From Kiritimatiellia bacterium (GTDB lineage: Bacteria > Verrucomicrobiota > Kiritimatiellia > RFP12 > JBMNHG01): a DNA stretch of 64,000 nucleotides. A program made the translations under genes and the position numbers. The stretch spans positions 62,001-126,000 of the forward strand of contig JBMNHG010000003.1 in the NCBI GenBank assembly GCA_050950285.1. Reading direction: 5' to 3'. The stretch's first letter is position 1. Each line of letters starts with the position of its first letter. Positions 13,058-23,118 of this stretch are shown here, one piece after another. The notes below the pieces were generated by a model. It was not told the origin of the DNA. It saw only the letters and a program-made list of their open reading frames with translations, and ran no database searches.

Positions 13058-15259
13058 ATGGAAAAAACCCTCCGCACCGCCCTCCTCGCGCTGGCCGCCG
13101 CCTGCGCCGCATCGCTCCTGCCGGCCGCTCCGCAGGACTCCCGCGCCTATCTCTTCACCGACGAGCCCTTCGTGCTGGCCGTCGAAGGCGTTCCCGACGG
13201 CGTCGTCCCCTACGGCATCGCCACCCTGACGGCGGACGGCATCGGCCCGCGCGCTTCGGGCATCGCGACGATCGCGGGCGGCGAGGTCTCCGTGCCTGCC
13301 GCCGCCACGGGCCTGAACATCGTCACCTTCGGCGCGCCGCTTTCCCGCGAGGCCCGTTTCCTGGCGATGGATCCGCCGGCTCCGATCGACGAGGCCGCCC
13401 TTCGCGCTTCGCTCCCGCAGGTGGCCGGCAAGCTTCTCGGCGGCGAGCCGTTCCTCGTGATGGGCATGGGGGATTCGGTCACCGACACCGGCGACCACTT
13501 CATCCTGCTCGCGCGCCTGCTCTCCCGCGCTTGCGGGAACCCCGACGTCACCGCCGTCAAGCGGGCCTATGCGGGCCGTTCCATCGACGCCACCGTGCGC
13601 CACTTCGACCGCGACGTGCAGGGGATCCATCCCGACCTCGGCGTGCTGATGTACGGCCTGAACGACGAAATCTGCTTCGTCCCGCGCGAGGGTTTCCAGG
13701 AGCAGGCGGAGTGGGTCGCCGTGCAGCTGCGCGAGCGCTTCGGCGCGGACCTCCTCCTCCTCCAGCCCACGCCGCACATCGAGACGGTCCGCACCGGGGC
13801 GTCGGGCCGCGCCGAACCGCCCGAGTTCGCCGCCCGCACCGCGGACTACGCGCTCGCCATGGACGAACTGGCCGCCCGCCTCTCCATCCCCTGCGCCGCC
13901 ACCTTCCAGGCCGTCTGGGGCAAGGGCGCGAACTCGCTGGTCGAATCCGCCATCGCCATGTGGCCCTGCTATCCGACCGGCTACAGCCGGCAGTTCTCCT
14001 CGATCGTCGAGACCGCCGGGCGGGGCGACACCATCCACCCGAACGCCCTCGGCCACTACCGCATCGCCCTCGCGGCCTACGAGGCGCTGAACGGCCGCCG
14101 CCCCGTCCCCGCGCTCGCCTTCTCCGGCGCGACGCACTGGACGGAGGAGGGGCCGGTCGCCCGGGTCGTCGCCCGCAACGCCACGGACGCGGCCCGTTCC
14201 GGCCGTCTTTCCGCCTACGCCCCCACCGGCGCGGCGGTCGAAGGCCCCGTGGACCTCCCCTACACGCTCGAACCGGGCGCCGCCCTGGAGTTCGAGGTCC
14301 GCTGGAAGGGCGTCGCGAAGCCCGCCGATCTTGCCGCCCATCCCCATGCCGACCACCTCGGGTGCGGCTCGATGCCCGTCACGATGGTGGACTTCTCGGG
14401 CGGCGGCAGCACGGTGCAGGGCATCCGCTGCCCCTACGCCGTGGGCGGCGGCTTCGACCGTTCGCGCCGGGAGGTTGCGGGGCGGCGCGCCGCGATTCCG
14501 CTCCACCGCCCCGACGGCTCCGTGGAGGCGGTCGAGGTGACGATTCCGGAGGACGACGACGTGGGCCGCATCCCGCTCGTGAAGGAGCTGCGCGGCGCCG
14601 GCGGCGAGACCGGCTGGGCCGTGGCGGACGTGGTCTACGCGAAGGTCGCGAGCGCACCGGAAGGCGAGGCGACGGTGGACGGCGACCTCGCGGAGTGGGC
14701 CTCCGTGCCTTCGTTCCCGGTGGGCCTGCCCTGCCAGGCGCGCTCCCCGAACGGCCACAACGACGCCCGGACGTCCGTGGAGGAGGCATACGTCGACGTG
14801 CGGGTGATGGCCGGCGGGAAGGGCCTCTACATGGCCTTCGAGGGGACGGGCTTCCTCGACCGGGACTCCGTCAACATCTTCTTCGACAAGCGCGAGCCCG
14901 CATGGATCGGGACCGCCGGCCCCTACTACTGGCTCGGCATGGGCTTCCGGCCGGAGGGCGCCGTGGCCCTCGGCCAGGGCGAGACCAGTCGGCCGAACCA
15001 GCCCTTCCAGGGCGCCTGGCGCGCCACGGACAAGGGACTTGACGCCGAGATCTTCGTGCCCTATTCGCTCTTCGATTCCGAGACGTGGCCCGCCGGCGGC
15101 GACCTGGGGCTTTCGGTCGTCTGGCGGCACAGCCACGAGGGCCGCTCCACGCGCCTCGGCTGGTTCGAGAACGGCCACGAGTGGAACAGCCGCTGGTACG
15201 GCACCGTCCGCAAGGGCCCGGCGCCCGGCGTCCCCTCCTACGTGCTTCGTCTCTGGTAG
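13058..15259 (+). CDS. Secreted SGNH/GDSL esterase with C-terminal CBM9-like domain
   Basis: Signal peptide; MGDSVT, GLND, DTIHP catalytic blocks; VDGDLAEW..EIFVPY tail. Confidence 0.7.
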   Translation: MEKTLRTALLALAAACAASLLPAAPQDSRAYLFTDEPFVLAVEGVPDGVVPYGIATLTADGIGPRASGIATIAGGEVSVPAAATGLNIVTFGAPLSREARFLAMDPPAPIDEAALRASLPQVAGKLLGGEPFLVMGMGDSVTDTGDHFILLARLLSRACGNPDVTAVKRAYAGRSIDATVRHFDRDVQGIHPDLGVLMYGLNDEICFVPREGFQEQAEWVAVQLRERFGADLLLLQPTPHIETVRTGASGRAEPPEFAARTADYALAMDELAARLSIPCAATFQAVWGKGANSLVESAIAMWPCYPTGYSRQFSSIVETAGRGDTIHPNALGHYRIALAAYEALNGRRPVPALAFSGATHWTEEGPVARVVARNATDAARSGRLSAYAPTGAAVEGPVDLPYTLEPGAALEFEVRWKGVAKPADLAAHPHADHLGCGSMPVTMVDFSGGGSTVQGIRCPYAVGGGFDRSRREVAGRRAAIPLHRPDGSVEAVEVTIPEDDDVGRIPLVKELRGAGGETGWAVADVVYAKVASAPEGEATVDGDLAEWASVPSFPVGLPCQARSPNGHNDARTSVEEAYVDVRVMAGGKGLYMAFEGTGFLDRDSVNIFFDKREPAWIGTAGPYYWLGMGFRPEGAVALGQGETSRPNQPFQGAWRATDKGLDAEIFVPYSLFDSETWPAGGDLGLSVVWRHSHEGRSTRLGWFENGHEWNSRWYGTVRKGPAPGVPSYVLRLW

Positions 15260-15276
15260 GGAGGGCGGGAGCCGCT

Positions 15277-16221
15277 TCACCAGCAGAGGCCGATTTGCGG
15301 GCAGAAGGGGCGGACGGCCTCGATCTCGCGTTCGCCGCAGAGGAGCATCACGAGGCGGTCGAACCCGAGCGCGATGCCCCCGCAGGCGGGCATGCCGCGT
15401 TCGAGGGCCTGCAGGAAGGGTTCGTCGAGGGGGTAGACCTCGCGTCCCGCGGCGCGCCGCTCTTCCGCGCAGGCCAGGAAGCGCGCCCGTTGCGCGGCGG
15501 CGTCGGTGAGTTCGGTGTAGGCGTTCGCGAGCTCCAGGCCGCCCAGGTAGAGTTCCCATCGCTCCGCCGTGCGGGGATCCGAAGGCGCAAGGCGCGCCAG
15601 CGACGCCGTCGCCGCCGGCCAGGCGCGAAGCACGCACGGGCGTCCATGGGGAAGCGCGGGCTCGATCTTCGACACGAGGTCGGCGTCGAAGCGGTCGGCA
15701 TCGTACGCCTCCACCGGGTTCCAGTCGGACCAGCGGCGGAAGGCCTCCTCCATCGTCAGGTCGAGGACGGGCGCGGCGAAGTCGATCTTGCCGGTCCCGC
15801 GCCCCCGCGTGGTCCGCCCCAGCGCGCGGCGCGCCACGAAGGCCAGCAGTTCCAGGGTTTCGCGCAGGATGGCGTCGCAATCGACCCCCGCGCGATACCA
15901 CTCGAGCATCGTGAACTCCGGATTGTGGCGGGCGCCCCGCTCGCCTTCGCGGAAGCAGGGGCCGAGCTGGAAGATCTTGTCGAATCCGGCGGCGACCATG
16001 CGTTTCATCGGGAGTTCGGGGGAGGCGCGGAGCCAGGCGCGTCCCGAGGGAGGGGCGTCGATGGCGGCCTCCATCGCGGGGGCGGGCACGCGGACGGGCG
16101 TCTCCACCTCGAGGTAGCCGCGGCGCCGGAAGAAGGCGCGGACGGCCTCCGCGGCCTTTGCGCGGAGGAGCAGGTTGCGGCGGGAGGGGATGCCGGTGTC
16201 GGAAAGGCGGTCTTCGCTCAT
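15277..16221 (-). CDS. epmA: EF-P lysine aminoacylase (GenX/EpmA)
   Basis: GYLEVETP, SPELPMKR, CFREGE, HNPEFTMLEWY, ELANAYTEL, GIALGFDRL; no anticodon domain. Confidence 0.93.
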   Translation of the reverse strand: MSEDRLSDTGIPSRRNLLLRAKAAEAVRAFFRRRGYLEVETPVRVPAPAMEAAIDAPPSGRAWLRASPELPMKRMVAAGFDKIFQLGPCFREGERGARHNPEFTMLEWYRAGVDCDAILRETLELLAFVARRALGRTTRGRGTGKIDFAAPVLDLTMEEAFRRWSDWNPVEAYDADRFDADLVSKIEPALPHGRPCVLRAWPAATASLARLAPSDPRTAERWELYLGGLELANAYTELTDAAAQRARFLACAEERRAAGREVYPLDEPFLQALERGMPACGGIALGFDRLVMLLCGEREIEAVRPFCPQIGLCW

Positions 16222-16231
16222 GTCGGCGTCC

Positions 16232-16903
16232 TCATGCCTGCGGGGCGGCGAGACAGCGCGGGAGATCGTCGAAGCGGTCGATCGCGGCATCCCAGGCTTC
16301 GCCCTTCGGATTTCCGAACCCGAAGCGGCAGAAGCAGCGCTTCAGGCCCGCGGCGCGGGCGGCGGCGAGGTCGGTGTGGTTGTCGCCGATCATCCAGATG
16401 GGGCCCGTGCGGCGGGGATCGTCTTCGCGCAGGGCCCGCCCGATGGCGACACGGAGGGGCATGGGGTCGGGCTTCATCCGGGGGCAGTCCGCCCCTCCGA
16501 CCAGCGCGTCGAACATCTCCCGGACGCCCAGTCGCCCGAGGATGGGGCGCGAGAGGGACGAGAGCTTGTTGGTGACCACCGCCTGCGACCAGCCTTGCGC
16601 GCGCAGGGCGGCGAGGGTTTCGGCCACGCCGGGGTAGAGCACGGTGTGGACGACGGGATGGTCCGCGTAGTAGGCGACCATCGCGGCGGTGGCGGCGTCC
16701 ACGGCGTCGGGGCGTTCGGGGATCGAGCGCTCGATGAGCCGCCGCACGCCGTCGCCGACGCCGGGGATGATGCGTTCGAGGGGCCAGGGGGCGAGGCCGA
16801 GCGTGGAGCGGGCGTGGTTCACGGCTTCCGCGAGGTCGCCCCGCGTGTCCGCGAGGGTGCCGTCGAGGTCGTAGAGGAGGAGTCCGACGGGGGAGGGGGC
16901 CAT
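16232..16903 (-). CDS. HAD-family phosphatase (phosphoglycolate phosphatase-like)
   Basis: DLDGTLAD, VVTNK, KPDP, IGDNHTD. Confidence 0.88.
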   Translation of the reverse strand: MAPSPVGLLLYDLDGTLADTRGDLAEAVNHARSTLGLAPWPLERIIPGVGDGVRRLIERSIPERPDAVDAATAAMVAYYADHPVVHTVLYPGVAETLAALRAQGWSQAVVTNKLSSLSRPILGRLGVREMFDALVGGADCPRMKPDPMPLRVAIGRALREDDPRRTGPIWMIGDNHTDLAAARAAGLKRCFCRFGFGNPKGEAWDAAIDRFDDLPRCLAAPQA

Positions 16904-16909
16904 CGGGTC

Positions 16910-17773
16910 CTAGGCCTTCCATCCGTGGCGCCGGAGAAGACGGACCGCGTTCCCCCCGAGAAGACCGGCCTTCCATTCCGCCGGATCGGGAAGGGAGCCG
17001 ATGGCCGCGAGGTCGGGGGCGTGGGGGCGCCAGGGCCAGTCGGTGCCGAAGAGGATGTGGTCGGCGGGATGGCGCCGGAGGAGGCCGCCCATGCGTCCGG
17101 CGCCCAGCATGGACGGCGCGAAGGAGGTCTCGATGTAGAGGCCCGGAAGCCCGATGAGCTCGCGTTCCACCTCGTCCCAGGCCGACCATCCGCCCAGATG
17201 GGCGGCGACGAGATCGAGCCCGGGGACGGCCTCCGCCACGCGGCGGATGCGGATGGGGTCGCAGAGCAGGTCGCGGGCGAAGCCCACGTCGAAGCCGGCG
17301 TGCGTCACCACGAGGAGCCCCTGGTCGCGCGCCATCCGGAGGAAGTCGAGGATTGCGGGGGCGTCGAGTTCGAATTCCTGGTAGTAGGGGTGGAGCTTCA
17401 CGCCCGGGATGCCGGCGGCGGCGACTTCCGCGAGGTGCGCTTCGGCCTCGGGGTCGGCCGGATGGACGGAGGCGAGCGGGATGATCCGCTTCGCGGCCTC
17501 CTCGCCGGATCCGCCGTCGCGGAGGGAGAGCGACCAGTCCAGGATGGACCGCCACTGCTTCGGGCGGGTCGCGATGGAGCAGACCACCGCGCGGTCGATC
17601 CCGTTGGCGTCCAGTTCCGCGATCAGCGAGGCGATGCGCCCGTCGCCGCAGGAGTGGAAGGCGGAGTCGTCGATGCGCTCGTTGAGCGAAACCATGGCGC
17701 GTTCCGCCAGGGATTCGGGGAAGGCGTGCACATGGAAGTCGATGCGCATGGGGCTGGAGTCGCGGGGTTCCAT
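16910..17773 (-). CDS. Amidohydrolase family (Amidohydro_2) TIM-barrel protein
   Basis: IDFHVH, GVKLHPYYQ, HAG, AAHLGGW, FGTDWPW; start may be at 17749 instead. Confidence 0.88.
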   Translation of the reverse strand: MEPRDSSPMRIDFHVHAFPESLAERAMVSLNERIDDSAFHSCGDGRIASLIAELDANGIDRAVVCSIATRPKQWRSILDWSLSLRDGGSGEEAAKRIIPLASVHPADPEAEAHLAEVAAAGIPGVKLHPYYQEFELDAPAILDFLRMARDQGLLVVTHAGFDVGFARDLLCDPIRIRRVAEAVPGLDLVAAHLGGWSAWDEVERELIGLPGLYIETSFAPSMLGAGRMGGLLRRHPADHILFGTDWPWRPHAPDLAAIGSLPDPAEWKAGLLGGNAVRLLRRHGWKA

Positions 17774-17798
17774 CAGTCTTTCCCCTTTCGAGAGTCGC

Positions 17799-17827
17799 TT
17801 GCGTCCCCCGACGAGGCGGGATATCCT
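17799..17827 (+). promoter_or_regulatory. Putative sigma70 promoter upstream of the pseudouridine synthase
   Basis: TTGCGT-17 nt-TATCCT. Confidence 0.5.
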
Positions 17828-17936
17828 AGCACGCGACGAAAGGCGAGCCACAGCGCAAAGCGCAACCGGGCGAACCACCCCGGCTTGCGGGACGGCTGGT
17901 AGTCCGGGCGCATGTATCTTCGATCCGACAAAGCCA

Positions 17937-18727
17937 TGAACGAGTTTTCGCTTTCCCTCCCGGAGGACGGAGGAGGAGATGCGTCGCCGAAGCGGCTTCC
18001 CCGCTTGCAGGTGGCGCTGGCGGAGCGTGGCGCGGCGTCGCGACGCGGAGCAGCGGACATCATCGCGGCAGGGTGCGTCTGCGTCAACGGGAAAATCGTG
18101 CGCGACCCCGGCGCGCGGGTCGATCCCGCGAAGGATTCCATCACGGTGAACGGCGTGCCGCTTCCCGCCGCCCGCGAGCCCCGCCGGACGATCCTGATGT
18201 ACAAGCCGGCCGGGGTGGTCTGCTCCGCCAGCCCGTCGCAGGGGCGCACGGTGTGCGACCTCGTGGCGCACCTGCCGGAGCGGCTGGTGCCCGTGGGGCG
18301 GCTGGACAAGGAGAGCGAGGGCCTCCTGCTCCTGTCCAACGACGGCCCGCTCATCGAGCGTCTCACGCATCCGCGCCACGGGCACCGGAAGCGCTACGAA
18401 GTGACCGTTTCCGGCGCCGTGGACCGCCGCGCGCTCGCGTCGCTGCGCGCCCCCATCGCGATCGACGGGCGCGAAACGCGGCCCGCCGCGGTCGATGTGC
18501 TTTCGGAGGGGCCTCCCGCGCGGCTCGCCTTCGAGATCGGCGAAGGCCGGAACCGCCAGATCCGGCGTCTCTGCGGGCGGGCGGGATTGCGCGTGGAGCG
18601 CCTCCTGCGGGTCTCGTTCGGTCCGCTCGGGCTCGGGGAACTCCGCCCCGGCCAGTGGCGCGACCTGGCCGAGTCCGAACTCCGCGGGCTGGCGGAGGAG
18701 CCCGAAGGCGGCGCGCCGCCCCGATGA
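17937..18727 (+). CDS. rRNA pseudouridine synthase (RsuA/RluB family)
   Basis: S4 domain RLQVALA..ASRR, YKPAG, VGRLDKESEGLLLL, EGRNRQIRR. Confidence 0.93.
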
Positions 18728-18794
18728 TGTGTCCGTCCTCCCGCCGGGGGTTCCCGGAACGGGGGGCAAGCCTGGAACGTTGGATGGTGTCCCG

Positions 18795-20528
18795 ATGATG
18801 AAACTGGAATCGCTTCGCCCTGTCGCTGGAGTTGCCGCCATGGCCGTGTCCCTTGCCCTTTCCGCCGGCTGCCGGTCGCCCCTTGCCGGCAAGAAGGCCG
18901 CCGCCCCGGGCCCCGTGATCGTCTGCCTTGGCGACTCCATCACCGAAGGCCTCACCTATGCGCTTCTCGTGCGGCAGTCGCTCCGCGAGGCGGGCCGGAC
19001 GGAGCCCGTGATGCTCGGCGCGGGGGTGGGCGGCGATACCGCCGGCGGGATGCTTGCGCGCCTCGACCGCGACGTCTTCTCCTACGACCCCGACCTTGTG
19101 ATGCTCGATACCGGCCTCAACGACTACGCCCTCACCGCCGGGGAATACGAGCAGGCGTTGCGCGCCATCTACGACCGCTGCAAGGCCGAGAAGGTCCCCG
19201 TGCTTTCGCTCACGCTGACCACCCTTGCCCCGCGCCATTCCGGCATGGACGCGCATCTCGCGGAGTTCGACGCGGTGATCCGGCGGCTCGCCGCCGAATA
19301 CGGCTGGGCGCTTGCGGACGTGCAGGCGCGCATGCGCGAGGCGCTCGCCCGCGGCGGCGAGGAGCTGAACGAGCCCGACGGCGTCCACCTGAACCTCGCC
19401 GGATACCGGGCCATGGCCCGCGCCGTGCTCGACGCGATGGGCCACGGGGACGTGCCGGTGTGCGAGACCTTCGTGCCGCCGCTGCTGCCGGGCGTCGTCC
19501 CGCTGTGGAGGACGCGCGCCCTCGCCGAAGGGGAGACCTTCGATCCCGCCGCCGCCGATCCGGGTGGCGAGGGGTGGACGGATCTCCGCCTGCCGCGCCT
19601 GCAATCCGCCGGAAACTGGTGGCTCGACCAGGAGCGCCAGCGCGGCGTGGCCGTCCGCCTCGACCAGGTGGCCGGCGCCGGCGCCGGATATGCGAGCGTC
19701 GCCGAACTGGACGAACCCGCCGCCCGCGAGGCGTGGCTCTGCGTGGGGGCGGACATGAAGCAGGCCTGGCTCAACGGCGAGCCGGTCTACGGGAACACCG
19801 AGCCGCGCGGATGGTACCCCGGCCGCGCGCGCATCCCCGTCTCCCTGCGCGAAGGCAGGAACCTCCTCGCCGTGACGAGCGGGAGCTCCTTCTTCGCCGC
19901 CGTGCTTCCCGGCCGTCTCGACCTCGACCAGCCGCGCCCCGTCCGCGTGGCGTGCGTGGGCGACAGCCTCACCTCCGGGTTCAAGATGGAGCACCCCGGC
20001 CGCGACGGCTATCCCGCCCGACTGGGGCGGATCCTCGGCGACGGCTTCGAGGTGCGCCCCTTCGCCGTCCCCGGACGCACCGCCCTCCGGGATGCCGGCC
20101 TGCCGCTCTGGAAGGAGCCGTGCTTCGAGACCGCCCAGGCATGGAATCCGGAAATCGTGGTCCTCTGCCTCGGCGCGAACGACTGCTGGCCCGCCATCTG
20201 GCAGGAGCACGGCGCCCGCTTCCCAAAGGACCTCGCCGACATGGTGCGCCTCTTCCAGGGCCTGCCCAGCCGCCCCCGCGTGTTCCTCGCGCCGCCTACG
20301 CCGATGTTCATCGATCCCGGGCGGAACGCCGTGCAGCTCCGCATCCTCTCGGAGGAGGTCGTCCCCCTCGTGCGCGCGGTGGCGGAGGAGACCGGATGCG
20401 TTTTCCTCGACTGGCACACGCCGCTCCGGGGGCGCGCCGGCCTCTTCCTGGAGGGCGACGGCGTGCACCCCACGCCCGAAGGCGCCGCCGCGATGGCGGC
20501 GGAGGCCGCCCGCGCTATCGGGCGCTAG
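18795..20528 (+). CDS. Lipoprotein with two SGNH/GDSL esterase domains
   Basis: Lipobox LSAGC; CLGDSIT..GLND..DGVH and CVGDSLT..GAND..DGVH. Confidence 0.82.
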   Translation: MMKLESLRPVAGVAAMAVSLALSAGCRSPLAGKKAAAPGPVIVCLGDSITEGLTYALLVRQSLREAGRTEPVMLGAGVGGDTAGGMLARLDRDVFSYDPDLVMLDTGLNDYALTAGEYEQALRAIYDRCKAEKVPVLSLTLTTLAPRHSGMDAHLAEFDAVIRRLAAEYGWALADVQARMREALARGGEELNEPDGVHLNLAGYRAMARAVLDAMGHGDVPVCETFVPPLLPGVVPLWRTRALAEGETFDPAAADPGGEGWTDLRLPRLQSAGNWWLDQERQRGVAVRLDQVAGAGAGYASVAELDEPAAREAWLCVGADMKQAWLNGEPVYGNTEPRGWYPGRARIPVSLREGRNLLAVTSGSSFFAAVLPGRLDLDQPRPVRVACVGDSLTSGFKMEHPGRDGYPARLGRILGDGFEVRPFAVPGRTALRDAGLPLWKEPCFETAQAWNPEIVVLCLGANDCWPAIWQEHGARFPKDLADMVRLFQGLPSRPRVFLAPPTPMFIDPGRNAVQLRILSEEVVPLVRAVAEETGCVFLDWHTPLRGRAGLFLEGDGVHPTPEGAAAMAAEAARAIGR

Positions 20529-21093
20529 CGGGCCGAAGGGAAAATTCGCAGCCGCAGTACGCCTGCCGGTAGAGCCCGTAGCGGCGGGAAAGCTCCACGC
20601 TGTGCTGGAAGCCGCCGTTTTTCTTGAAATCCACGGGCAGGAAGCGGACGGGATCGAGGGCGCGGCCGACCTCGAAGACCGTGGCCGAGTTCTTGTGGGG
20701 GCTCACCGTGAGCGAGGTGGCGAAGGCTTCGAAGCCGTGCGCCGCGGCATAGTCCCGTGTCCGCCCCAGGTTCAAGGCGAAGCAACGGCGGCATCGCCCG
20801 CCGCCCTCGGGGGCGGACTCGAATCCCGCCACGGCCCTTTGCCAGTCGGCGTGCGGCGGCGCCTCCTCCACGAGCGGCACGCCGAGAATCGCCGCCAGCT
20901 TCCGGACATTCTCCAGGCGGAGCAGCCGCTCCTCCTCCGGGGCGATGTTCGCGTTCGTGAAAAACGCGGTCACCTCCATCCCCGCATCGCGCAGCACGCC
21001 GATGCAGTGGGAGGCGCAAGGGGCGCAACAGACGTGCAGCAGGATGCGCCGCGGCCGTGCGCCGGAGGGCAGGGCGGGGACGGTGTACGCCAT
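20515..21093 (-). CDS. queH: Epoxyqueuosine reductase QueH (DUF208)
   Basis: LLHVCCAPC, RCRRCF, VSPHK, YRQAYCGC. Confidence 0.92.
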   Translation of the reverse strand: MAYTVPALPSGARPRRILLHVCCAPCASHCIGVLRDAGMEVTAFFTNANIAPEEERLLRLENVRKLAAILGVPLVEEAPPHADWQRAVAGFESAPEGGGRCRRCFALNLGRTRDYAAAHGFEAFATSLTVSPHKNSATVFEVGRALDPVRFLPVDFKKNGGFQHSVELSRRYGLYRQAYCGCEFSLRPASAR

Positions 21094-21097
21094 GTGG

Positions 21098-22918
21098 CTA
21101 GCCCTCCCCGGCGGAGCCCTTCAGCACGGCGATGAAGGCGGACTGCGGCACGTTCACGCTCCCGAACTCCTTCATGCGCTTCTTGCCCTCCTTCTGCTTC
21201 TTCAGGACCTTCTGCTTGCGGGTGACGTCGCCGCCGTACAGCTTGGCGAGCACGTCCTTGCGGAAGGCGCGGATGTCCTCGCGGGCGATGATCGTGCGGC
21301 CGATGGCGGCCTGGACGGGGATCTTGAACTGGTGGGGCGGGATGGTCTCGGAAAGGGCCTTGCAGATCTGGAGGCCGCGGGCGCGGGCCTTGTCGCGGTG
21401 GACCATGATGGAGAAGGCGTCGACCGGCTCGCCGTTGAGGAGGATGTCCATGCGCACGATGTCGGAGGTCTGGTAGCCTTCCGGCTCGTAGTCCATGGAG
21501 GCGTACCCGCGGCTCATGCTCTTGAGCGAATCGTTGAAGTCCACGAGAATCTCGTTGAGCGGGAGATGGCAGGTGAGCATCACGCGACGGGCGTCGACGT
21601 TCTCGGTGGCGGTGATGGTGCCGCGGTGGTCCATCGTGAGGCGCATCATCTCGCCGATGCAGGTGTCCGGACAGATGATCGTGGCCTGGATGGTCGGCTC
21701 TTCGATGAAGTCGATGACCGACGGGTCGGGCATGGCGACGGGGTTGTCGATCTCCAGCACTTCGCCGTCCGTGCGATGCACGCGGTAGACCACCGCGGGA
21801 TGGGTGTTGATGATGTCGAGGTCGAACTCGCGGCGCAAGCGCTCCTGGACGACTTCCATGTGGAGCATGCCGAGGAAGCCGCACCGGTAGCCGAACCCCA
21901 GGGCCACGGAGCTTTCGGGGTGGAAGGTGAAGGCCGCGTCGTTGAGATGGAGCTTCTCGAGGCCTTGTTGCAGCTTCGCGTATTCGTCGGTGCTGACGGG
22001 ATAGATGCCGCAGAAGACCATCGGGCGGACCTCCTTGAAGCCGGGGAGCGGCTCGGAGACGTCGTCTTTCGCGCCCATGAGCGTGTCGCCGATGCGGATG
22101 TCGCCCGGGTCTTTGATGGTGCCCACAAAGTAGCCCACCTGGCCGGCCTCGAGGAAGCCGGTGGGGGTCTGGTCCGGGCTGAAGACGCCCACTTCGCGCA
22201 CCTGGGTCTGGATGCCGTTGCCGTAGAGGCGCACGGGATCGCCGGGCCGGACGACGCCGTCGACGACGCGGATGTAGGCGATCACGCCGCGGAAGACGTC
22301 GAAGATGGAGTCGAAGACGAGCGCGCGGAGCGGGGCGTCGCGGCCGAGGGTGGTCGGCGGCGGGACCTTCTCCACCACGGCTTCGAGCACGTCGCGCACG
22401 TTGAGGCCCGTCTTGGCGCTGAGGAGGATGGGGTGGTCCGGGGAGAGGCCGAGAAGCGACTCGACCTGCTTGAGGACGCCCTCGACGTCCGCCCCCGGAA
22501 GGTCCACCTTGTTCAGGGCGGGGATGATTTCGAGGCCGGCGTCGATGGCGAGGTAGGCGTTGGCGACGGTCTGCGCCTCGACGCCCTGGGCCGCGTCCAC
22601 GAGCAGCACGGCGCCCTCGCATGCGCCCATGCTGCGCGAGACTTCGTAGCTGAAGTCCACGTGGCCGGGGGTGTCGATGAGATTGAAGCGGTACGTCTTG
22701 CCGTCCAGCGCCTCATAGGCCATCGAGACGGGGTGGGACTTGATGGTGATGCCGCGCTCCCGCTCGAGATCCATGGCGTCGAGGGTCTGCTCCTGGATCT
22801 GGCGCTTTTCCAGGGTGCCGGTCAGCTCGAGCAGGCGGTCGGACAGCGTGGTCTTCCCGTGGTCGATGTGCGCGATGATGCAGAAGTTGCGCGTGTCGGT
22901 GATGGCGTGTTCGGGCAT
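21098..22918 (-). CDS. lepA: Elongation factor 4 (LepA)
   Basis: RNFCIIAHIDHGKTTL, DTPGHVDF, CGFLGMLHME, YGGDVTRK..KQKEGKKRMK. Confidence 0.98.
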   Translation of the reverse strand: MPEHAITDTRNFCIIAHIDHGKTTLSDRLLELTGTLEKRQIQEQTLDAMDLERERGITIKSHPVSMAYEALDGKTYRFNLIDTPGHVDFSYEVSRSMGACEGAVLLVDAAQGVEAQTVANAYLAIDAGLEIIPALNKVDLPGADVEGVLKQVESLLGLSPDHPILLSAKTGLNVRDVLEAVVEKVPPPTTLGRDAPLRALVFDSIFDVFRGVIAYIRVVDGVVRPGDPVRLYGNGIQTQVREVGVFSPDQTPTGFLEAGQVGYFVGTIKDPGDIRIGDTLMGAKDDVSEPLPGFKEVRPMVFCGIYPVSTDEYAKLQQGLEKLHLNDAAFTFHPESSVALGFGYRCGFLGMLHMEVVQERLRREFDLDIINTHPAVVYRVHRTDGEVLEIDNPVAMPDPSVIDFIEEPTIQATIICPDTCIGEMMRLTMDHRGTITATENVDARRVMLTCHLPLNEILVDFNDSLKSMSRGYASMDYEPEGYQTSDIVRMDILLNGEPVDAFSIMVHRDKARARGLQICKALSETIPPHQFKIPVQAAIGRTIIAREDIRAFRKDVLAKLYGGDVTRKQKVLKKQKEGKKRMKEFGSVNVPQSAFIAVLKGSAGEG

Positions 22919-23028
22919 GAGGGAGCGAGGATACCAAAGTCCCCCGCCTGGAGCAAGCGTTCCACCCGGCGAAGGGCCACGGGAATGCACGGGCCGCTTC
23001 GGGCGCCATGCGCAATCTCCGGCCCTTC

Positions 23029-23057
23029 TTGACAAGCCATGCGCTCCCCGCTACGCT
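23029..23057 (+). promoter_or_regulatory. sigma70 promoter divergent from lepA
   Basis: TTGACA-17 nt-TACGCT; AAGGAG Shine-Dalgarno before ATG 23119. Confidence 0.65.
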
Positions 23058-23118
23058 TCCTTCAAAGGTCGAGGCGTATGGAAACCAAGGGTTCCCCTCG
23101 AAGGAAAGGAGTGCGGGC

